A DNA stretch of 64,000 nucleotides, from assembly GCF_009914755.1 (NCBI RefSeq), contig NC_060934.1. One strand, given 5' to 3'. The notes beneath the pieces were generated by a model that saw nothing but the letters and a program-made list of their open reading frames with translations, ran no database searches and was not told the DNA's origin. Position numbers and translations under genes: made by a program. The stretch is from the human T2T-CHM13v2.0 reference genome, Homo sapiens. Positions within the stretch are counted from its first letter, which is position 1; every line of letters begins with the position of its first letter. Below are positions 53,979 through 64,000 of the stretch, one piece after another.

Positions 53979-56939
53979 TTTTTTTTCTAAAAAAGAAGAC
54001 TCTGATCAAACACTCTGAGGTGGAGGAAGGCATTGAGACCTCTAGCATCCATTGGTTGCCAAAGATGACAATCTGGTTAACAGCAGGGCCTTTCTCTCTG
54101 GGTGTGGTTGTGTGTTAGAAGCCCATTGCCACTCCCACCCCACCCTACTTGGCCCTCCACCCCTCTCTCTGTGCTCAACCCCTCTCTAGAAAAAGAAGTA
54201 AGAGATATTGAGAGGGTATCAGCAGGCCAGGACACCAAGTTGTTACCTCAAATAGAAGGACCAGGTCTCAGCCCACCCTGGCTGGAGCAGCGCACCTGTG
54301 GGGCAGGCCGCCCTCCGAGTAGGGGCTTTATGGGATGGATCAGAGCCACCACTGACTGGGATAAAGGGAGACTCTAGGGGGACCAAGCCTATAAACTAGC
54401 TGCCCTGCCAGCTGTCCGCCTTCCCCTCAGACCTGCATGCTGGCTTTAGAGCCAGTAATTCTACTGGAATTTTTCCTGTCCTCTTAGATGGGGTTTATCC
54501 CTCACTTGAAAGAACCCGGGACATTTGACATTGATGAACAAAGCAGGGGAGTCCACCTCCTGCCTGGAGGGCAGCTGGGAGTCAGAGCCAGTCCGTGTTG
54601 TGTGCAGATGAAAAAACTCCTGCCTGGTGTGATGCATGGGCCTTGGGAGAGGTCAGCCTAGGGGGAGAAAGTACAAAAGTGATCGATTCCACCAGCACGT
54701 GTGGGGACCCTCAAGTCTAAGGCAGGGCTCTGGAGGCTTTACCTGGACTATCACCCTCCCAGGACACCCCCACGGGGTAGGCACCATTACCACCTACCCT
54801 GCCTTAGGAGGGAGGAACTGCAGGCACGGGGAGGCTAAACATCTTGCTCAAACTGGTGGCTAGTAAGTGGGGTTCAGGACTCAAAGGCTGGTGTCTCTGA
54901 CTGCTGAGCCCTTTGAGCCACTGTGTCTCTCCTGAGAAAAGTTGCCTTTCAGAGCTTGCGACCCCCAATCTGTGGCTCTTCTGTGCCTCTGTTGTGCTCC
55001 ACCCGCTCCCTGGGGATGGTCAGAGCCTGGGCCCTCTCCCCCGGGAAGCTGTTAGGACAGCTCCTGTGATCCCTGCAGCAAAACTATTTGTTTTCCAGAA
55101 CAAATAGGAGCCTGAAATCAGAGTGCCTGTGTCCCTCAAGAAGGCGGATTCCCCACCTGGTGGGGAGGCGCTGGGCTGTGATGGAGGCTGAGGAGGAAGA
55201 AGAACCATGGAGCCAGAAGTTTTGCCAAGGACCAGCCGAGTGTTTTCCCTGAGCTCAGTGTTCTCAGCTCTAGCGTAGGGATGAGCCCCTCCTCTTCCTG
55301 GAGCTGAGGCTGGGATGAAGGGAGTGTGGGTCGGTGCCTGGTGCTGGAGGGGTCCACGGCAGGCATCCAGATGCTGTCACTGGAGGGCACGAGAGGCCCC
55401 TCCTGGGACACACCCTCTGTCCCCAGTCCCCCTGCACCACCTCTCACCCTGTCTCCTTCCTCTTCCACTTTCATTCTTTCTTTCCCTCTTCCTTCTACAT
55501 GGATGGAGGCCTCAGAGTGGCCAGAGGGATGTGCTGAGCCTGGCCCTCCCATGGGGAGGAGCCAGTAGACACACCTGCCCGTGGCCTGGAACACTTCCAG
55601 CTGGAAAGGCGAACCGAGCCAGGCCCTGAGTCAGTCAGGCAGCCTCACCCCACGCCTCTGGCCCCTGCCCACCCCTCACTCATAGGCACCTGCTTGCTGC
55701 CGTCCCTCCTCACCCCGACCTCTGCCCACTCCAGCTGTGGCCTGGGAGGGGTCTGCAGTGAGGGAGAAAATGTTGACCACAGAGATCATGCCACGGCTAC
55801 TTTTCACTGGAGGGGAAACTGCAGACTGCCTTCCTCCTCCTGCCCTCTCCCCTAACCCAGAGGGAAAGAGGCGTGGGGAGGGGGCTGAGGGATTACCACG
55901 CTTGGCTGGCTGGCTTTCCATGTGCAGAGTATTGAGGCCGCCTAATTGACAGATAGTAAACACGGATAAAGACTTTGGGAGAGAGAAGCAGGGGGTCGTT
56001 GGGACAAGGCAGGCTGAGGCATTGGGAGGGTGGGGGGCTGAGAGTCTTGGGAGAAGACCAGATGGCTCCCTGCCATGTCCCCATCTGGGCCTCTGCTAAC
56101 TTTAAGCCAAGTGAACAGGGCCTGGTGGACAAAGGCCAGCGTGCACATGAAGGGGGCCATTAGAGGTGTGGCCTGGGGGAGAGGAGAACCCAGGGGTCCC
56201 CCCTTCTGTGTGAGGCCTGGCAGCTTGAGAGTCTGGGCCTGGCGTCCCCTCCCCCAGGCACCAGGGGAGGAATCCAAGCTCCCAACTTGTTCAGAGGGAT
56301 CTCGCACCATCTCCACACCACCTCTCAGCTCGCCTGTGAGGGCGGCCCTGGGACAGCTCCACGCAGTGTGAATGTTAAGTTTTCCTGCAAGGAGCTGGGG
56401 TCTGTAACAGCCCTACTGGTGGCAGAGCTCAGGGAGAGGCTCAAGGCTGCTTGGGAGAGCCTGGTTGTGGCCACCAGCCCTGGGAACACCCTCCACTCCC
56501 TTCCAGCGTGGCCCCAAACCCAGAGGATCCAGGCTTCCAGCACGGGATGGGGTTCTGAATGGGGAAGGAGGAAGGAAGCTGCCTGCTCTCTGCCTGGGCC
56601 CCTGTACTACCCTCACCCCAGCATGGTCACTCCATTCAACCTACTTCTGTTTCCAAGGCGTCTTACTGTGCCCAGCACCCTGAGGAAGAGAGAGGATCAG
56701 AGACATCCCAACCTCCTGTTGGACAAATTCTCTTACTTCCACATTTCTGCCTTGGCTCCTTAGAGAACTCTTCCAAGGCCTCAGCTGGATCCCCTGAGCT
56801 CTGACCTGCCAATCACACCAAGGCTGCTCGCCACGAAAAAGAACTGACTTTGCCTCCTCTCCCTCCCTGTCCAAATCCATCCCAGGCTTTCCTGTGCAGC
56901 TAAGTCCTTCCCAGAGAGACATCAAGATGAAAGAAAGCA

Positions 56940-57100
56940 GACAGACCTGGATTCAAACTTCATCTCTACTCTTTATGACTTTGGGCAAGTTGCTTACTCT
57001 CTTTGAGTCTCGGTTTCTTGATCTGTAACTGGGAAAGCAGGTGCATCCTTGCCGAGGTGTTGTGAGGATTTAATAAGGTGCGACTTGGAGAGCACCCTGC
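56940..57100 (+). mobile_element. MIR
   Basis: gactttgggcaagttgcttactctctttgagtctcggtttc core. Confidence 0.65.
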
Positions 57101-58019
57101 CCTCCCTCCCTGGCAGGTGTACAGAGAGCTTGTCAGACCATAACTCAAAGGCCACGTGGCCACCATTGCCCATTGACACTACCTCCGAAACCTCTCTCCC
57201 GTTCAGCTCCTCTTTCTATCCCCATTGTCACAGCCCTAGTCTAAGCCCCTGGTTTCCCACCTGAATTCATTTAAACAACGAATTCATTGACCCTCTTACT
57301 GGTCTTCCCAGTACCCCCTGTCTCAACCCTCAGTCCAGCCTCCCGCTGCTGGAGAACGAGCTCTTTAAAATGCAAATCATGGTCTGTCACTCACCGCCTA
57401 GTTGCCTATGACTTGTGAGAGATGAGATCCAACTTCCTTTGCAGGGAGAGAGTTCATTGGTGCCCTGGCCTTATCTGCCTCCTGGCTTGGTTGCTACCCT
57501 CCCACCAGTCGCCTCATCTGCCACTTGCATTCACAATACTAGGCCATTGCACATGTTCTTTTCTCCGCTTGACAGGTCCTTACCCTGCTCAACTGAGAGC
57601 CAACTTCTCATCCTCCAGGGAGGAAGGAGACACGCTATGTGGCAGGCACTGTGCTAAGCATTTTATTTGCATTATTTCATGAGACAGATACTATTATCCC
57701 CACTTAGTGGGTGATAAAACCAAGTCTCAAGTGGTTAAACAGAATTCAATCCTAGATCAATTATGACCCTAAATCCATGTTTTCCTGTTACATCTATTTC
57801 CCAGCTCAAATGCCTCCTCCTTCATGAAACCTTCCCCCACTACGAGTGTGGAGGCCGGATCTGGCTTGGTGTTTTAGGGGACAGAGTACATAAATGAATT
57901 TCAGAGATGCAAAAAGTTTCTGTTTAGGGGAAGTGCATGATCAGTCCAACAAAGAGATTCAGCATTTCCTGTATTCAAGGAACATGTCTGGGTGCTGCAC
58001 AGAATGAAACATTAATTGG

Positions 58020-59010
<991 letters not shown>

Positions 59011-59016
59011 AAATTG

Positions 59017-59240
59017 GGCCAGGAATTAAAGACCAGCCTGGGCAACATAGTGAGACTTCCTTTCTACAAAATTAAAAAAAAAAATTGGCCAGGCATGGTG
59101 GTATATGGCTGTAGCCCCAGTTACTTGGGAGGCTGAGGTGGGAGAATCGCTTGAGCCCAAGGGGTCAAGGCTGTAGTGAGCCATGTTTGCACCACTGCAC
59201 TCCAGCCTCGGTGACAGAGTGAGATCCTGTCTCAAAAAAA
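59017..59240 (+). mobile_element. 5'-truncated AluJ
   Basis: begins in the middle of the left arm. Confidence 0.8.
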
Positions 59241-59386
59241 TGACTATAACCTAAATGTCCAACAATAGGGGCTTATTGAGAAAACTGTGATACAACTGGT
59301 AGACAACTCTGCAGTGATTTTCAATGATGCAAAATGTTGGTATGAAAATGTTTTAAGGTTATCGAGTAGTTAAAAAAGGAGTAATA

Positions 59387-59658
59387 GAACAATGAGAACA
59401 CATGGACACAGGAAGGGGAACATCACACTCTGGGGACTGTTGTGGGGTGGGGGGAGGGGGGAGGGATAGCATTAGGAGATATACCTAACGCTAAAGGACG
59501 AGTTAATGGGTGCAGCACACCAGCATGGCACATGTATACATATGTAACTAACCTGCACATTGTGCACATGTACCCTAAAACTTAAAGTATAATAATAATA
59601 AAAAGACAAAAATAAATAAATGAAAAAATTATAGCAAATCTTTACTTTTTTAAAAAAA
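59387..59658 (+). mobile_element. 5'-truncated L1PA3-like 3'UTR with probable short 3' transduction
   Basis: L1 3'UTR poly-G tract; 17-bp TSD AAAAAAGGAGTAATAGA. Confidence 0.88.
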
Positions 59659-59708
59659 AAAAAAGGAGTAATAGACTCAAAATAGAGTATTGGATTCCAT
59701 TCTGTTAG

Positions 59709-59718
59709 GTGTGTGTGC

Positions 59719-59752
<34 letters not shown>
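59709..59752. repeat. (TG)n microsatellite, interrupted by CG
   Basis: seen directly. Confidence 0.93.
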
Positions 59753-59753
<1 letters not shown>

Positions 59754-60085
59754 TGCATAAGAAAATGGAAAGATCACCAAAATGTTACAGGTCCCAGCTG
59801 GGCATCAGGGATACATTTTATCCTCTCTGCAGGGGAGGTGGTGGGGAAGCCATCTGAATTTTCTAATATTTCCACATAGTAAACATCTATTAGTTGTGAA
59901 ATTTCTAAAAAGAGTGATTAAGAGATCATCCTTGCCCCTCCAAGGGTTCACAATCTAGCAAGGAAGATGAATACAAAAATTGCAGAGGGAGGCCAAGAGA
60001 CCGGGAGAGAGTGGAGTTCAGTTTTACTGAAGGGCACCAGGGAGCTCTCCTGGGAGGGATGGAGTCTGAAATTATGGCTGAGGCT

Positions 60086-60389
60086 GGCCGTGGTGCCTCA
60101 CACCTGTAATCCCAGGACTTTGGGAGGTCGAGGCGGGCAGATCACCCGAGCCCAGGAGTTCAAGACCAGTCTGGGCAATATGGCGAAACCCCGTCTCTAC
60201 CAAAGAAATACAAAAATTAGCCAGGTGTGGTGGCACACGCCTGTAGTCCCAGCTGCTAGGGAGGCTGAGGTAGGAGGATCACTTGAACCTGGGAGGTCAA
60301 GGCTGCATCAAGCTATGATCACACCACTGCACTTTAGCCTGGGTGACAGAGAGAGACTCTGTCTCAAAAAAAAAAAAAAAAAAAAAAAA
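60086..60389 (+). mobile_element. AluJ
   Basis: TSD tatggctg. Confidence 0.88.
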
Positions 60390-61328
60390 GTATGGCTGGA
60401 AGAAGCATTTGGGGGCACCACCAGAAAACTGAGCCTACAACCCTCAATTTCCAAGAGACAAATGGGAAGGGGCAAATGGCATTTCTCATCAACTGCTTCC
60501 AGAGATTTTGTGTCCTGTGTGGCCCAGTCCTCACCTCATGTGATTGAATAATTCTGGATAGAGATTGTGCCTTCCGTACCCCTACAACCATTGGTGGGAG
60601 ATCGAGTACATTTATCAAAAACCTATGACCAGGCAGTCATCAAACTCGCCTGGCAGCATTTGAATGGGGTCTGGACCAGAGTCCCCTGGGGCAGCCACTG
60701 GGTGGAGGGTGCAAGTGTGGATTCAGAGAGGCAGGACACGGACCCTCAGTCCCCTGCGGCTTCCCACGTCCACCCCTTTTTCTTTCTGGTTAAATCCTGT
60801 TTCAGCTCAAACTGGGGAGATGCCTAGTGGGGTGTGAGCAGAAGTCAGAGACTGTGAAATAAAACAAGAAAGATCAACAGGAAGCAGGCAGCTAAATCAT
60901 GAGGAGAACGACGTCGAGAGGGCGTGGGCTGGGTTTGGTCTTATTTTTAGTGGTCATGGTGGTGACAGTGGTGGGGAATTGAGGCCAGAAGCAGGAAGCT
61001 GGGTTTCCCAGCCTCAGCTTTTGATGGTTTCCGGGTCCCCGTGGGCCAGTGAAGAAGCAGCCCACCCCTGTGATAAACCAGTTTGTTAAGTTGCCTTTGT
61101 CTTTGAGAGATTTTTATACGTTTTTTGTGAAACCGCTGCTGCTGCGAGGGGCCCCTCAAATCACGAATAAAGCAGAGGCTATTAACCAGGGTGTGAACAC
61201 TGCCCTGCGCATGCTCTGTGAGTGAGCCCCACACACGCACAGGGTGGGCACTCACAACACGGGGAAGGGAGCTTTTGACAGGATCCAAAGGGCCCCACAA
61301 TTTATCCCAAATTAAGAATCACTAATAA

Positions 61329-61590
61329 GGCCGGGTGCGGTGGCTCACGCCTGTAATCCCAGCACTTTGGGAGGCTGAGGTGGAGAATCACTTGAGCCAG
61401 GAGTTTGAGACCAGCCTGGGCAACATAGCAAGAACCCCATCTCTATAAAAAACACAAAAAATTAGCTAGTCATGTTGGTGCACGCCTGTAGTCCCAGCTA
61501 CTTGGGAGGCTGAGGTGGGAGAATCGTCTGTGCCTCAGAGGTCAAGGCTGTAGTGAGCCAAGATCGTGCCACTGCACTCCAGCCTGGGTG
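61329..61590 (+). mobile_element. AluJ, 3'-truncated
   Basis: stops at gcctgggtg with no A tail. Confidence 0.85.
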
Positions 61591-61603
61591 CTTCCTGGTT
61601 AAT

Positions 61604-61852
61604 AGATTCCGTGTCTGGTAGTGATCCATTTCCTGGCTAATAGATGGCCATCTTTTCGCTCTGTCCTCACATGGTGGAAGGGGCAAGGACTCTCTCTCTG
61701 GCCTCTTTTATAAGGGTCGTAATCCCACCATGAGGCTTATGCCCTAATGACCCACATCACCTCCCAAAGGCCTCACCTCCTAATACTATCACATTGGGGA
61801 TTAGGCTTCAACACAAAAATTGGGGGCAGGAGCACACACATTTAAACCACAT
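61604..61852 (-). mobile_element. MLT1A-like LTR fragment
   Basis: gtcctcacatggtggaagggg...cacctcccaaaggcctcacctcctaatactatcacattgggg. Confidence 0.7.
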
Positions 61853-62769
61853 CAGGTTGTCAAAAATAAAGTTTGAATCTCAGCACTGCGACTGATTTGC
61901 TGTGGGATTTTAGGCAAGTGACTTAATGTCTCTGAGCCTTAGTTTCCTCATCTGAAAGTGCATCTAAATGAGATATGGCACCTGAAAGCATCTAAGGGAT
62001 ATTTGCTGTATCTGAGTCTCTCTGGAGAGGGTGGGTGGAAAGGCATTCTGGGGCAAGCAAGGCCAGCGTGCAAATTAGCACCCTGACTGGCAGAAGGCAT
62101 AGGGGACAGAAGAAGCTCGTGATGCAGCAGGAGTTGGGTCAGCTGGGGGCTTGCCAATTGTCCAAAGGCCCTGCCACAAAGAACCACTTCTTTTTCCTCT
62201 GTTTGAGCCCCCTCCCCTCCTCCTCCCTAATACTTCCGCCGTAACCTGTCTGCACACCCCACCAGGCATCTTGTTTTTACCTGGTTGGCCTTTCCAGCTA
62301 CTGCGTATTTCATTTTGTGTCCTGACTCCTCCAGAATCCTGGGAGTGCCTCAAGGCTAGTGAAATGGCCAGGAAGGAAAAACAGCAGAGAGGAGTCAAAC
62401 AGACCATGCTGCAAGCCTAACGCGACTGAGTCGTGAGACCTTGGGCAGCTTAATTCCTCTGAGACTGAGTTTTTTCATCTGCAAAGAAGGAATCATTAAC
62501 AGTACCTTTCTCATAGGGTGGTGTTTTAAAGATTAAAGGAGGTATTGCATGTAGAGACATAGATGGAAGGAAGTAAGCTCTCAGCGAGTCTTACTTGTTA
62601 GTTTTCTTCTTACCCCCACCATGTGGAATGCAGCACTGAGCAGGGCCTCAGCTTCCCAAACTCAGCCAGGTGTCATTGCAGTCCTTCCCACAGACTTGTT
62701 TTTCTGGCAGACACTTACATGACTGGCTTATTGCAAATACATGCACTATACTCCAAAATGCCCTTTTAG

Positions 62770-62955
62770 ATGACTGATCCCAAACCCGGTGGCATGTCAG
62801 AATCATCTGGGTAAGCTTTCTTAAAAAAAAAAAAATACGGATTCCCAGATACCACCTTACCTACCAAATCAATCTCTGGAAATGGGGCCTGGGAATCTGT
62901 ACTTTTAAAATGCCCCTCAGGTGGCTCAGATCCAGCCAGCAGATCACCATTTTAA
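62770..62955. mobile_element. MER5A-like hAT fossil
   Basis: cagaatcatctggg...ggggcctgggaatctgtacttttaa...caggtg. Confidence 0.65.
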
Positions 62956-63139
62956 AGGAAAACAGCCTTCTCTTCTTCTAAAGCTTCTTGTTGGCAAGTT
63001 TTGAGCCATCTTGTTCCATTATTCAGAACACCCCACAACGGACAATGACAAGATGTGTTTATTTTTTCATTCATTGAACACATGTTCATTAAGTGCCTCT
63101 GGTCTAGAATAACAGCTAAAAGTTTAAGCTCTGGGTCGG

Positions 63140-63838
63140 TTCATACCCACTGGGATGGCTATAAACAAAAAGACAATAACAAGTGTTGACAAGGGTGTGG
63201 AGAAACTGGAGCCCCCATACACTGCTGGTGGGAAGGTAACATGGTGCAGCCACTTTGGAAAACAGTCTAGCAGTTCCTTTAAAAAACATACGTTCTAGGT
63301 TCCTCTATCATCCCGCAGTTCCACTCCCAGCTGTATACCCAAGAGAGACGAAAACGTATGTCCATCCAAAAACTTGCTCATGCTTGGTCATAGCAGCATT
63401 ATTCATAATACTGAAAACGTGAAAACAACCCAGTTCATCAGTTGACAAAGAGATAAAGTTGATCTGTCCATACAATGGACTATTTTTTTGGAAATGGAAG
63501 TGCTGATAGATGCTACAACAGGGAGGAACCTTGCAATCATTATGCTAAATGAAACAAGCCAGCCACAAAGGACCACATATCATATAATCCTATTTATATG
63601 AAATGCCCAGAATAGGCGAATCTATACAGACGGAAGTAGATAGGACTGAGAAGTTGGGGGAAATGGGGAGTAACTGCTAACGGGTATGGGCTCTCTTTCT
63701 GGGATGATGAAATGTTCTAAGATTGTTTGTGGTGATGGTTGCAGGACTCTGTTAATGCACTAAAAACTGTCTGATTGTATACTTTAAATGGGTGAATTGT
63801 ATGGTATGTGAATTAGATCTCCATAAATTTATTAAAAG
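63140..63838 (+). mobile_element. L1M 3' fragment
   Basis: gctggtgggaaggtaacatggtgcagccactttggaaaacagt...gatgaaatgttctaa. Confidence 0.78.
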
Positions 63839-63842
63839 TAGA

Positions 63843-64000
63843 AAGTTCAGGCTCTGAAGTCTGACTTCCCAGGTTGGAATCCTAGCCCTGCTATTTCACT
63901 AGTTGGGCAATTTTATGCAAGTAATATAGCCTCTCCATGCCTTAGCTTCCTCATTGTAAGATTAATTTAGTTAATATGTGAAAAAGTTTAGAAGAGTCCC
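63843..64000 (+). mobile_element. MIR
   Basis: gcctctccatgccttagcttcctcattgtaag core. Confidence 0.6.

Overview
Primate (human-like) genomic DNA. It holds the full coding region of ADD3 (gamma-adducin, chr10q25) on the + strand and about 24.5 kb of downstream intergenic DNA. I reconstructed 14 coding exons (exons 2-15 if one non-coding first exon lies upstream of the window) by hand from GT-AG sites. They join into a 2121-nt ORF (706 aa), or 674 aa when the 96-nt cassette exon 14 is skipped. The 3'UTR is about 1.9 kb with several AATAAA signals. The rest is dense in Alu, L1, MIR, L2, MaLR-LTR and hAT fossils, and almost all non-ADD3 ORFs in the track are repeat-derived or chance ORFs. I see no prokaryote-style novel system. 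The best leads are in RNA processing: exon 5 looks like a recursive-splicing (RS) exon; there are two candidate poison exons and a candidate 15-nt in-frame microexon; an AATAAA overlaps the stop codon just upstream of a miR-145/145/143 cluster; and inverted Alus flank exons 10-13 (circRNA). Several clean mutational fossils are also visible: a twin-primed L1PA2, an L1 with a short 3' transduction, a templated insertion at a deletion junction, and a triple overlapping hairpin. Repeat boundaries and subfamilies were assigned by eye and are approximate.
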